From an uncultured Chloroflexia bacterium (GTDB lineage Bacteria > Chloroflexota > Limnocylindria > Limnocylindrales > CSP1-4): DNA of 64,000 bases. The DNA is taken from assembly GCA_963744115.1 (NCBI GenBank), contig CAVUSI010000002.1, forward strand, positions 675,641-739,640, given 5' to 3'. Positions 1 to 9,537 of this stretch are shown here, in pieces (the stretch's first letter is position 1; the number at the start of each line of letters is the position of its first letter). A program made the position numbers and the translations under genes. The notes below the pieces were generated by a model. The model did not search any database and was not told where the DNA came from. It saw only the letters and a list, made by a program, of their open reading frames with translations.

Positions 1-2
1 GC

Positions 3-791
3 GTGCTCGAGCGCATAGATCACCGGGAGCGTCTTCTTGTGCCGGGCCAGGTCGGTCGGCTCCTTGCCGGTCGCCTGCTCCTCACCCCAGATCCCGAGTA
101 GATCGTCGTTGAGCTGGAAGGCGAGTCCGAGGGCCCAGCCGAAGGCTCGGTAGCGGGCGATGACCGCCTCGTCGTCGGTCGCGAGAAGCGCTCCGGCCTC
201 GATCGAGGCGCTGATCAGCGCCGCGGTCTTCCGGCCGATCATGTCGAAGTACAGCTCGACCGACATCGTCTCGTCGTGCTCAGAGGTCCAGATGTCGATG
301 TACTGGCCCTCGCACAGCGCCACGCAGGTCGTGTCGTACAGGCGGGTCAGGCGGAGGACCTTCTTGTCGCTGAAGCCGAGGTCGGTCAACCGATGGAGGG
401 CGACCCGGCTGAGGCTGAACAGCATGTCGCCCGTGTTGATCGCCTGCGGGATGCCGTGCTTCGCCCAGAGCGTGGGCCGGTGCCGTCGCTCGACGTCGCC
501 GTCCTCGATGTCGTCGTGGACCAGGCTGAAGTTGTGACCCAGCTCGACGGCCGCGGCCCCCGGCAGTGCGGGCTCATACTCGCCGGTGATCGAGGCGTAG
601 GCGAGCAGGCCGAGGAGCGGCCGCATCCGCTTCCCGGCGGCCGCCCCGCTGCCGTCCAGTCCGAGATGGTAGCGGACCATCTCGTACACGCCGTGGGTCG
701 ACGGGTCGCGGTCCCGGACCAGGGACAGGATCTCGTTCTCGGTCGCGGCGATCAGCTCGGCGAGCTCGAAGCCGGGGGTCGTCGTGGTCAT
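3..791 (-). CDS. polyprenyl synthetase (trans-isoprenyl diphosphate synthase), runs off the left edge
   Basis: Manual translation from ATG at 791: MTTTTPGFELAELI...GKRMRPLL...VELGHNFSLVHDDIEDGDVERRHRPTLW (first Asp-rich motif)...KTAAL...AFQLNDDLLGIWG (second Asp-rich motif). Missing from the ORF track because no stop lies inside the window. Confidence 0.93.
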   Translation of the reverse strand, partial: MTTTTPGFELAELIAATENEILSLVRDRDPSTHGVYEMVRYHLGLDGSGAAAGKRMRPLLGLLAYASITGEYEPALPGAAAVELGHNFSLVHDDIEDGDVERRHRPTLWAKHGIPQAINTGDMLFSLSRVALHRLTDLGFSDKKVLRLTRLYDTTCVALCEGQYIDIWTSEHDETMSVELYFDMIGRKTAALISASIEAGALLATDDEAVIARYRAFGWALGLAFQLNDDLLGIWGEEQATGKEPTDLARHKKTLPVIYALEH

Positions 792-894
792 CCTGGGCCG
801 AGTGTAAGTCACACCGACCCCGTCGACCCGAGCCGCCGATCGGGTGGACGTCGACGCGTCGGTCCGGTCCGGGCACCGGTGCTACCGTGACCGG

Positions 895-1659
895 GTGCCC
901 CGACCACGGACGTTCACCACCGATGCCATCGTCCTGAGCCGGTTCGATCTCGGCGAGGCCGATCGCGTCCTCACCCTCATCACCCCGCACGACGGCAAGC
1001 TCAAGGCGATCGCCAAGGGCGTCCGCCGCCCGACCTCGCGCCTCGGTGGGAGCGTCGAACCGTTCGCGGAGCTGCGCGTCCAGCTGGCCCACGGTCGGAC
1101 GTTCGACGTCGTCACCCAGGTCAGTGTCGGTCACGCCTGGCTCCGGCTGCGGGACGCGCTCGAACCGGCGGCCACCGCCTGGTACCTGGCCGAGCTGGCG
1201 GACCGGTCGCTCGAGGAGCGACATCCGGCGGAGCCGCTGTACCTCCTGCTCCGCCGAGCCTACGAGCTGCTCGACGCCGGGATGGCCCCGGGCCGAGTTG
1301 CGCGCTGGTACGAGATGCGGCTGACCGACGAGCTCGGCGTCCGGCCCGAGGTCGATCGGTGCGTCGAATGCGACCGGATGCTCGAGTCGACCGACACCTT
1401 CCGCTGGGTCCCGCCGTTGGGCGGCGTGCTGTGCCAGCGCGAGGCGGGACCGCCGTCGGATCGGACCGGCCTGTCGCTCGATGCACTGAAGCTGCTCAAG
1501 GCCTACCAGCGGATGGATGCCGAAGGGCTCGCCCTGCTCCGGGTGCCGCCGGCGGTCGAGCGCGAGGTCGAGAGCGCGATGCGGGACTTCGTGCGGATCG
1601 CGCTCGAGCGCGACGCCCGCTCTCTCCCGTTCCTCGACGAGGTCCGCGCCGGGCACTGA
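895..1659 (+). CDS. recO: DNA repair protein RecO
   Basis: LGEADRVLTLITPHDGKLKAIAKGVRRPTSRLGG N-terminal OB fold, CVEC zinc motif. GTG at 895 lies 6 nt after TACCGT. Confidence 0.95.
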   Translation: MPRPRTFTTDAIVLSRFDLGEADRVLTLITPHDGKLKAIAKGVRRPTSRLGGSVEPFAELRVQLAHGRTFDVVTQVSVGHAWLRLRDALEPAATAWYLAELADRSLEERHPAEPLYLLLRRAYELLDAGMAPGRVARWYEMRLTDELGVRPEVDRCVECDRMLESTDTFRWVPPLGGVLCQREAGPPSDRTGLSLDALKLLKAYQRMDAEGLALLRVPPAVEREVESAMRDFVRIALERDARSLPFLDEVRAGH

Positions 1660-1667
1660 CACCCGAC

Positions 1668-1699
1668 CGGACCGCAGCGGACCGCACCGGACCGCAGCG
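1668..1699. repeat. 10-bp tandem microrepeat (cggaccgcas) x3 after recO
   Basis: cggaccgcag cggaccgcac cggaccgcag cg. Confidence 0.6.
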
Positions 1700-1786
1700 C
1701 CGCGGCGACGCCGTCGGACTAGAATGACCAGCGGCACGCCGGGAACGAGCCAACGTTTGGAAGCGCGAACGCGATCCGGAGGTGGC

Positions 1787-2614
1787 GTGCGGACGCTGGC
1801 GGTCATCAATCACAAGGGCGGCGCGGGCAAGACCACCACGTCGGTCAACCTGGCGGCGGCGATCGGTGAGACCGGCGCCAAGGTCCTCCTGATCGACCTC
1901 GATCCCCAGGGCTCGGCCTCGGACTGGGTCGGTGCGCACGATGCATCGCGCGGGATGTTCGATGTCTTCGTGGGATCGGCCGAGCTCGCCTCGCTCGCCC
2001 AGCGGACGATCGTCCCGAACGTCGACGTCGTGCCTGCCTCCCAATGGCTGGTCACGGCGGAGCGGACGCTCCTCGGCGACCTCGCCGCCGCGTTCGTCCG
2101 GGCGATCGATCGGCTGCCGGCCAACTGGGATGTGGTGATGGCCGATTGCCCGCCGTCGATCGCCTTCCTGAGCGTCGCCGCGCTCGCCGCGTTCCGCGAG
2201 GTCCTGATCCCGGTCGAGACCCATGCGATCGCTCTCCCGGGCGTGGCCAGCCTGGTCCGCGAGATGGACCAGGTGCGGACCAGCCTCAATCCCACGCTCG
2301 AACAGCCGCGGATCCTCGCCGGCCGGGTGAACCGCACGGTCCACTCGCGGCTGATCCTGGCCGAGCTCCGACAGACCTACGGCGAGCTCGTCCTCGAGTC
2401 GACCATCCGGGATAGCGTCCGCCTCGCCGAGGCGGCCGGGCTCCGCCTCCCGATCACCCTGAGCGCCCACGACAGCAAGGTCGCCAACGACTTCCGGGCG
2501 GTCGCGACCGAGATCCTCACCGGGGTCGCGCCGGTCGAGCTGCCGCCCGCGGCGAGCGTCGAACCGTCGAGCGGCTGGCGCCGCTTCCTGAGCCGCACCC
2601 CGGCCACCCGCTGA
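1787..2614 (+). CDS. ParA/Soj/MinD-family ATPase (orphan, no parB)
   Basis: NHKGGAGKTT deviant Walker A, IDLDPQG, DCPPS. GGAGG RBS just before GTG 1787. Confidence 0.9.
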   Translation: MRTLAVINHKGGAGKTTTSVNLAAAIGETGAKVLLIDLDPQGSASDWVGAHDASRGMFDVFVGSAELASLAQRTIVPNVDVVPASQWLVTAERTLLGDLAAAFVRAIDRLPANWDVVMADCPPSIAFLSVAALAAFREVLIPVETHAIALPGVASLVREMDQVRTSLNPTLEQPRILAGRVNRTVHSRLILAELRQTYGELVLESTIRDSVRLAEAAGLRLPITLSAHDSKVANDFRAVATEILTGVAPVELPPAASVEPSSGWRRFLSRTPATR

Positions 2615-2620
2615 CCGGCC

Positions 2621-3598
2621 GTGGACGAGGCGGCGGTGCTCTGGCTTCTGGTCGTCGTGACCGCGTTGAACACCGCGGTCATCGCCGGACTGGCCGTGTC
2701 GACGATCCGGTCGCGATCGGCCGCACCGATGACCGTCGGCGCAGCGCCGTCCCCGGTGGTGGAGACGACGCCCCGTCCGGCAGCCGCTGATCCGGGTCCC
2801 GTCGGCGACGACCCGCTGGCCGGTGCGATCTCGGCGTTCCTCAGCCGCCCGGATGGGCTGTTCAGGTCGGGCGGCCCGCCGATCGGAGCGGGATCGCCCG
2901 GACCGACCGCCGTTCGGGCCGCCTCGACCGCGCCGCCGACCGGGGCCGCCACGCCGCCGGTGCGCTACGTGGCTTCGGCCCCGAGAGCGACCGTTCATCG
3001 AGCGCCCGAGCCGCGACCGACCGGGACGTCGCCGACGACCACGCCCGCCGGCACGCCGAGCCCCGTGGACGCAACGCCGATGTCGGCCGTGGTCCGCCCG
3101 GGTCCGATCCGGGCCCCTGTCGCGGCAGCGGTACCGGTCGCGGCACCCGGGACGACCGCGGCACCCGATCCGACCGCGGCGCCGGCCGCCGGTCCCGTTG
3201 GTCCACCGGCCGACGCCCCGGTCCTGCCCGCCAGCCGGGTCTCGATCTGGTTCGTCGGTCGGGATCCGTCGCGGTCGACCGTCGAGCCGGCCGCGGTCGG
3301 TCGCCTGGGACCCGTCATCGCGGGTCTGCTCCACGAGCGGACCCGAGCGGAGGACCGGGTCGCGGTCGAGGGCGGCCGGCGGTTCGTCGTGACCCTGCCC
3401 GACACATCGATCGATGGCGCCGCAGCCCTGACCCGACGGCTGGCCCGGAGCTGCGACGCGTGGCTCGCCGCCGAGGAGCCCCCGCTTCGCCTGGAGTTCG
3501 GGATGACCGAGCTGCCCGGGGCACCGGGACGGCCCGCCGGACCGCTCGATCCGACGACCGGCCCGGAACGTCGGCGACCCGTCCACGTCGACGCCTGA
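2621..3598 (+). CDS. single-TM, Pro/Ala-rich protein with C-terminal degenerate GGDEF-like domain
   Basis: N-terminal hydrophobic helix, long P/A/T linker, C-terminal RTRAEDRVAVEGGRRFVVTLPDTSIDGAAALTRRL aligns by eye to the GGDEF core. Confidence 0.65.
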   Translation: MDEAAVLWLLVVVTALNTAVIAGLAVSTIRSRSAAPMTVGAAPSPVVETTPRPAAADPGPVGDDPLAGAISAFLSRPDGLFRSGGPPIGAGSPGPTAVRAASTAPPTGAATPPVRYVASAPRATVHRAPEPRPTGTSPTTTPAGTPSPVDATPMSAVVRPGPIRAPVAAAVPVAAPGTTAAPDPTAAPAAGPVGPPADAPVLPASRVSIWFVGRDPSRSTVEPAAVGRLGPVIAGLLHERTRAEDRVAVEGGRRFVVTLPDTSIDGAAALTRRLARSCDAWLAAEEPPLRLEFGMTELPGAPGRPAGPLDPTTGPERRRPVHVDA

Positions 3599-3873
3599 TC
3601 AGGGCCGACCGCCGAGACGACCCTCGGCGTCGAACGGCGCCGGCCGACCTCGAGGCTCGCAGCTACGGCGCGTTGCCCGGGGACACCGAGTCTGAAGGTG
3701 ATCACGAGGGGCGTCCAGAGTGGACCGGTGCGGTCCGGTCGGGAAGCGATAGAACGTTCGTACTGGACTATTGCCGCCGATTAGGCCATGATTCAACGAT
3801 CATCGACCGGATCCGGCGAATGCCGGAGCACGGACATCATCGGGCCGGTGCTCGGCCCAAGGAGGAACAGGCC

Positions 3874-4710
3874 ATGCGGACGAGTGTCCGTCATCGGTTC
3901 GTTCAGGGCAGGGGGGGGCGGATGGTCCGTCCGATCGGTTGGGCAGCGGCCGCTGCTCTGCTTGCCCTGTCGGTGCTCTCGCCCGCCGGGGTCGGAGCCG
4001 CGAACCCACCGTCCCCGACGTACGGGACCGCTGTCGTCGACGGAGCCACCGGGGACTGGAACCTGGGTAGCGACAAGTTCGCCGGGATGTCCGACGACGG
4101 CTACGCCAAGAATCCGGTCCGTGCGAACCTCTACCTGCGCTACGACTGCAGCAGCAAGACGCTGTTCGCGCTCGTCCTCACCGTCGACGGGACGACGCTC
4201 AACACGAGCGATCCCGAAGAGGCCTACATCCGGATCGACGGCTCGGGCAAGCTGTTCAGCGGCCTGAGCGGGAACAACGGGACGCCACCCGACTTCTCGT
4301 GGGTGGACCCGACCGATGGCCAGGCCAACGGCTACGAAGGATCCGGCAAGCTCGACCCGGGCAGCTATACGATCCGCGCCCACGCGCTCCGCGTGGCCGA
4401 TCGGGCCGAGGGCTACGACGAGCTCGACAACATCGGACGATCCGACCCGCTCGTCATCGAATGTACCGATCCGACGCCGACCCCGAAGGCCTCCGTCGAG
4501 GCGTCGGTCTCCGCATCGCAGCCGGGTGGCAGCGTCCTCGACGTCACCAGCAAGCCGCACGTGACCCTTCCTCCGACATCGACGCTCGGTGCCGGCGATC
4601 CGCCGACCACCTCGCTCGGCCTGGTCTTCCTCGGACTCGGCCTGGTCATCGGCGGGGCGTTGGTCCTGCTCGAGAAGCCGAGGCTGGCACGCGGCCGTCG
4701 ACGCCGCTGA
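3874..4710 (+). CDS. secreted/cell-surface protein with LPXTG-like (LPPTS) sorting signal
   Basis: AGGAGG RBS, signal-peptide-like N-terminus, C-terminal TLPPTST + hydrophobic helix + ARGRRRR tail. Confidence 0.75.
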   Translation: MRTSVRHRFVQGRGGRMVRPIGWAAAAALLALSVLSPAGVGAANPPSPTYGTAVVDGATGDWNLGSDKFAGMSDDGYAKNPVRANLYLRYDCSSKTLFALVLTVDGTTLNTSDPEEAYIRIDGSGKLFSGLSGNNGTPPDFSWVDPTDGQANGYEGSGKLDPGSYTIRAHALRVADRAEGYDELDNIGRSDPLVIECTDPTPTPKASVEASVSASQPGGSVLDVTSKPHVTLPPTSTLGAGDPPTTSLGLVFLGLGLVIGGALVLLEKPRLARGRRRR

Positions 4711-4727
4711 TCCCATCACGGATGGAT

Positions 4728-4764
4728 CGATCGGCCGGGGTCACCCCCCGGCCGATCGTCGTTT
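4728..4764 (+). terminator. intrinsic terminator-like hairpin
   Basis: CGATCGGCCGGGG-tcacc-CCCCGGCCGATCG 13-bp stem followed by tcgttt, just after the stop at 4710. Confidence 0.7.
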
Positions 4765-4788
4765 CAGGCACGTGACCGGGCGACGTCG

Positions 4789-5997
4789 ATGACCGGTCGA
4801 CGACCGCGCCGACCGGTGGTGACCGCGATCGCGGCGCTGGTCGCGGCGCTCGCGGCGCTCGCGACGGTCCATCTCGGACTGGCGGCGATCGATGCGATCA
4901 TGGGTCGGGTCGCGCGCTGGAAGAACCCCGTCGGGCGGCCGGCGCCGTACACCGCCTCGGATCGCGCGGTCGAGCTCCATCGCCGGCTCGTGGTCGTCGA
5001 CCTCCACGCGGACTCGCTGCTGTGGGGCCGCGACCTGCTCGACCGCGCCGCGCACAGCCACGTCGACGTCCCCAGGCTCATCGAGGGCGGGATCGCGCTC
5101 GAGGGCCTGGCCGTCAACACGAAGGTCCCGCGCCGGGCGAACCTCGATCGCAACGACGACCGCCACGACGACGTGACCCTGCTGGCGCTCGCCCAGCGCT
5201 GGCCGCCCTCGACCTGGCGCAGCCTGCTGGCCCGGGCGCTCTACCACGCCGCCCGTGCGCGCGACATGGCGGAGCGGTCCGAGGGACGGTTCACCATCAT
5301 CACGAGCCGGGCCGACCTGGCCGCGTATCTCGCGCGGAGGGAGTACGACCGCGGCATCACCGCGGCCTTCCTGGCCATCGAGGGCGCGCACGCTCTCGAC
5401 GACGACCCCGCCAACGTGGAAGTCCTTGCCGACGCCGGCTTCCGGATGATGTCGCCCACCCACTTCTTCGACAACGCCTTCGGCGGCTCGGCCCACGGCA
5501 TCGAGAAGGGAGGCCTGACCCCGGCCGGGCGCGAGATGGTCGCCCGGATGGAAGCCCGCTCGATGATCGTCGACGTCGCTCACGCCTCGACCCGCACGAT
5601 CGACGACATCCTGGCGATCGCCACCCGGCCGGTGGTCGCCTCGCATACCGGCCTGCGCGCGAGCTTCGACTCGGTCCGCAATCTCCCCGACGACCAGGTC
5701 CGCGGGATCGCGGCCACGGGTGGCCTGGTCGGGATCGGGTTCTGGCCGACGGCCACCGGCGGCCCGGATGTGGCGTCGATCGCGCGGACCGTCCGGGCGG
5801 CCGTGGAGCTGGTCGGCGTCGAGCACGTCGCGCTCGGCTCGGACTTCGACGGCGCCGTCCCGATCCCGTTCGATGCCAGCGGCATGGTCCAGGTGACCGA
5901 GGTCCTCCTTGCCGAGGGCTTCGACGAGCCGCAGGTCGGGGCGATCATGGGTGGCAACGCGATCCGCCTTCTGGCGGCGGCCCTGCCCGCAGGCTGA
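4789..5997 (+). CDS. membrane dipeptidase (peptidase M19)
   Basis: VDLHAD, AIEGAH, IVDVAH, ASHTG, RNLPDDQ, LGSDFDG motifs, N-terminal TM. Confidence 0.9.
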   Translation: MTGRRPRRPVVTAIAALVAALAALATVHLGLAAIDAIMGRVARWKNPVGRPAPYTASDRAVELHRRLVVVDLHADSLLWGRDLLDRAAHSHVDVPRLIEGGIALEGLAVNTKVPRRANLDRNDDRHDDVTLLALAQRWPPSTWRSLLARALYHAARARDMAERSEGRFTIITSRADLAAYLARREYDRGITAAFLAIEGAHALDDDPANVEVLADAGFRMMSPTHFFDNAFGGSAHGIEKGGLTPAGREMVARMEARSMIVDVAHASTRTIDDILAIATRPVVASHTGLRASFDSVRNLPDDQVRGIAATGGLVGIGFWPTATGGPDVASIARTVRAAVELVGVEHVALGSDFDGAVPIPFDASGMVQVTEVLLAEGFDEPQVGAIMGGNAIRLLAAALPAG

Positions 5998-6081
5998 ACG
6001 CGCGGCGTCGTCTGCTAGCATCGAGCCATCAACGTCGTCCCCCGCGACCGTCCCTGCCACGGCCGGTCGCCCACGTGGAGC

Positions 6082-7503
6082 GTGCCCGTCGTGTCCGAAC
6101 CCCTGACCGCCTCGCCCGATCCCGTCGCGCCCGCCGTGCCCGAGCTCGACACGATCGTCTCGCTGAGCAAGCGCCGCGGCTTCATCTTCCCGTCGTCCGA
6201 GATCTACGGCGGGATCAATGCCGTCTGGGACTACGGACCGCTGGGCGTCGAGCTCAAGAACAACGTCAAGCGGGCCTGGTGGCGGGCGATGGTCCAGGAG
6301 CGCGACGACATCGTCGGCCTGGATGCCGGGATCCTGATGCATCCGCAGGTCTGGGTGACCTCGGGCCATGTGGGCTCGTTCAGCGACCCCCTGGTCGAGT
6401 GCGCGACGTGCCACCGCCGCTATCGGCTCGATGAGCTGCCGGGGGCGGAGGATCTGTCGGCGACCGACCTGCGCGATCCGGGCGTCGTCGCCCGACTCGG
6501 GCTGGTCTGTCCGAACGACGCCGGCCCGTTGTCCGCCCCGCGCCAGTTCAACCTCATGTTCCAGACCTACATGGGTCCCGTCCAGGAGGAGGCGTCGATC
6601 GTCTACTTCCGACCGGAGACGGCGCAGGGCAGCTATGTCAATTTCAAGAACGTTCTGCAGTCGAGTCGGAAGAAGATCCCGTTCGGTATCGCCCAGATCG
6701 GGAAGAGCTTCCGGAACGAGATCAGCCCGGGCAACTTCGTCTTCCGGATGCGCGAGTTCGAGCAGATGGAGATGCAGTACTTCGTCCGCCCGGGCGATTC
6801 GGCCGCGGCGGCGTTCGAAGACTGGCTTCCACGGCGTCGGGCCTGGTACGAGGCCTACGGCGTGGAGCCGACCCGGCTTCGCCTGCGCGAGCATGCGCCC
6901 GACGAGCTGGCGCACTACGCCAAGAAGGCGATCGACGTCGAGTATCGCTTCCCGTTCGGCTGGAAGGAGCTCGAGGGAGTCCACAACCGCGGGGACTTCG
7001 ACCTGTCCCGCCACGCGGAGGCGTCCGGCGAGAACCTCGAGTACTTCGACCCGGCGACCGAGGAGAAGTTCATCCCCTGGATCGTCGAGACGGCCGCCGG
7101 AGCCGACCGCGCGGCGTTCACGTTCCTGATCGACAGCTACCGCGAGGAAGAGGTCAAGGGCGAGACGCGCGTCTCGCTGGCCCTCCACCCCGAGCTCGCT
7201 CCGTACAAGGTGGCCGTCCTGCCGCTGCTCAAGAAGCGACCGGAGATCGTCGAGCTGTGCCACCGGATCAAGGCCGACCTCAAGCGCGACATCATGGCCG
7301 TCTACGACGACACCGCGGCGATCGGCAAGCTCTACCGGCGCCAGGACGAGATCGGCACCCCGTGGTGCGTGACCGTCGACGTCGACACGCTCGAGGACGG
7401 CGCCGTGACGATCCGCGACCGGGACAGCATGACGCAGGAGCGCGTCTCGATGGACCAGGTCAAGGCGGTCATCCTGGGGCGGCTGGCGGCGGCGCGACCC
7501 TGA
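6082..7503 (+). CDS. glyQS: glycine--tRNA ligase (alpha2 type)
   Basis: SEIYGG...WDYGPLGVELKNN, RPETAQG, GKSFRNEI, REFEQMEMQYF, GKLYRRQDEIGTPWCVTVD. Confidence 0.97.
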   Translation: MPVVSEPLTASPDPVAPAVPELDTIVSLSKRRGFIFPSSEIYGGINAVWDYGPLGVELKNNVKRAWWRAMVQERDDIVGLDAGILMHPQVWVTSGHVGSFSDPLVECATCHRRYRLDELPGAEDLSATDLRDPGVVARLGLVCPNDAGPLSAPRQFNLMFQTYMGPVQEEASIVYFRPETAQGSYVNFKNVLQSSRKKIPFGIAQIGKSFRNEISPGNFVFRMREFEQMEMQYFVRPGDSAAAAFEDWLPRRRAWYEAYGVEPTRLRLREHAPDELAHYAKKAIDVEYRFPFGWKELEGVHNRGDFDLSRHAEASGENLEYFDPATEEKFIPWIVETAAGADRAAFTFLIDSYREEEVKGETRVSLALHPELAPYKVAVLPLLKKRPEIVELCHRIKADLKRDIMAVYDDTAAIGKLYRRQDEIGTPWCVTVDVDTLEDGAVTIRDRDSMTQERVSMDQVKAVILGRLAAARP

Positions 7504-7607
7504 GCGTGGTGCGCGCCGGCACCGGGCCCATCGCCAGGATGACGCGCGCGGTGTAGCGTCGCTCCCCCAGGGGCCCGCGCGGCCCCGTCCAGGCGTCAGG
7601 ACGAGAC

Positions 7608-9441
7608 GTGGTCGGCATGGTGTTCGGTCGGCTCGCGCGTGCGCTCATCCTCGTCGCGGTCTGTGTCGCGACGATCGCGCCCGGATCGGTGGCGGCGACG
7701 CCCGATGCGTTGCCCGGGGCGGGGACCGCCGCCCGCCAACCCCGTGGTCCCGACCCGGCGACCGTGACGACCCTCCGGGCCGGCTGCGCGGCGAAGGGCG
7801 ACGTGATCGCCGCTGCGAACCGGCTGATGCGCGACCGCTACACGCTCGGGTCGGAGCCGACCATCCGTCTGCCTGCCAACCCGACGTGGCGCGAGAACCC
7901 GTTCCACGACGACAACTGGCTGTTCGACTACCACTCGCTCCGGTTCGTCCTCAAGCTCGAGACGGCGTGGGCCCGGACCGGGAACGCGCGCTATCTCGGT
8001 CGAGCGGTCTACCTGCTCCGCGACTGGCTTCGCGACAACCCGCGCTCCGCCCCGCGCTCGCGCTTCTCGTGGGACGACCACGCCACGGCCTGGCGCGCGA
8101 TGGTCCTCGCCTGCACCGCCGACATCGTCCCGATGTCCGCCCTGGCTGCGCTCGGCGCTCCTCCTCCACGGCGCGGTCCTGGCCAGCCCCGGGTTCTTCG
8201 TCCGGCATGGGAACCACGCCCTCAACCAGTCGATCGGCCTGCTCGACGTGGGCTGCGTCCTCGGGCGCGCCGACTGGATGGGTGTGGCGGCTCGGCGGAT
8301 CGGCGCCCTGGTCGTCGAGAGCATCGATCCGCAGGGGGTCTCGAACGAGCAGTCGATCGGCTACGAGTACTACGACTACCTTCGCTACACCGCGGCCGAG
8401 AACCGTCTCCGCGCCTGCGGCCGGAGCGTCCCGGCCGCGTTCTCGCGGGTCGACAAGATGCCGACCTTCCTCGGCTGGGCGACCCTGCCGAACGGCCAGT
8501 ACGAGCTCATCGGCGACACGCACGCCGGCCACGCCACGCCGATCCCCGGGACCCTGGCCGAGTTCGCGGCGACCGGCGGGACGTCGGGCCCGCGGCCGTT
8601 CGGGACGTTCGCGAGCTACATGGCCGGCTACGCGTTCGGGCGATCCGGCTGGGGGGACACCCGGCCCTTCGCCGACGAGACCGCCTTCGCCGTCCGGTAC
8701 GGGCGAGGGCGAGCGTTCCATGGGCACGCCGACGGCGGCTCGCTGACGGTCTACGGCCTCGGCTCGCGGCTGATCGTCGGCAGCGGGACGTACAGCTACA
8801 ACACCGGGCCGTATCGGTCGTTCTTCATCGGTCGATCCGCCCAGAACGTGGTCACCGTGTCCGGTTCGCCCTATCGGGTCGCGGCGACCACGCCGCTTCG
8901 GTTCCGGGCGGAGACGCTCGATGCGCTGGCGATCGGGGTGACCGTCCAGGGGTACGCCGGCGTCCGCGACCGGCGGACCGTCGTGTTCTCGAAGTCGGGC
9001 GGATTCCTCCTCGTCGACGACCGGCTGGCATCTTCCCGACCGCGGACCTTCACCCAGCTGTGGCATCTCGCGCCGGCATCCCGCCCGACCGTCGTGGGAC
9101 GGACCGTCCGGACGCACTCGGCCGGCGGCGACGTGGTCATCGTCCAGCTCGGGGCACGGCCGCGGACCACGATCGTGACGGGCGCGACCCACCCGATCCA
9201 GGGGTGGCGGACCTACACGTACAACCGGAAGCTCCGATCGCCGACGGTCGAGGCACGCCTCCACGGACGCGTCGCGCGGTACCTCACGCTCATCGTGCCG
9301 GTCCGCGACGCCGGCCACACGGTGCGCGTCCTGTCGACCTCGCTGCGGGCCGACGGCTACACGGTCGAGGTCGAGATCGACGGGCACGCCCAGCGCGTCG
9401 TCGTCGACGGCTCGAGCGTTTCGATCGTCGCGGTCAGCTGA
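7608..9441 (+). CDS. heparinase II/III-family secreted lyase-like protein (frameshift ~8141)
   Basis: Signal peptide, WLFDYHSL, WDDHATAWR, then in the shifted frame GNHALNQSIG, EQSIGYEYY, HGHADGGSL, SGTYSY. One extra C at ccc 8140-8142. Confidence 0.8.
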
Positions 9442-9537
9442 CCTTCGCGGGCGCCGCGACCGGTGCCCGGTTTGCACGCGCGGGTCAACGGCGGTACCGT
9501 CCGGAAGAGCCTCGTCGAGGCCGAAGGAGCCGTCCCG

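Noticed and set aside
5998-6081. T-box riboswitch upstream of glyQS
   Set aside because: The region is too short and lacks the AAnnnGGGTGGnACC motif.
4741-7263. Long antisense ORFs (also 20319-22283, 28709-30685, 42258-44894 and many others)
   Set aside because: These are shadow frames of real genes. High GC makes stops rare, and the translations show no motifs.
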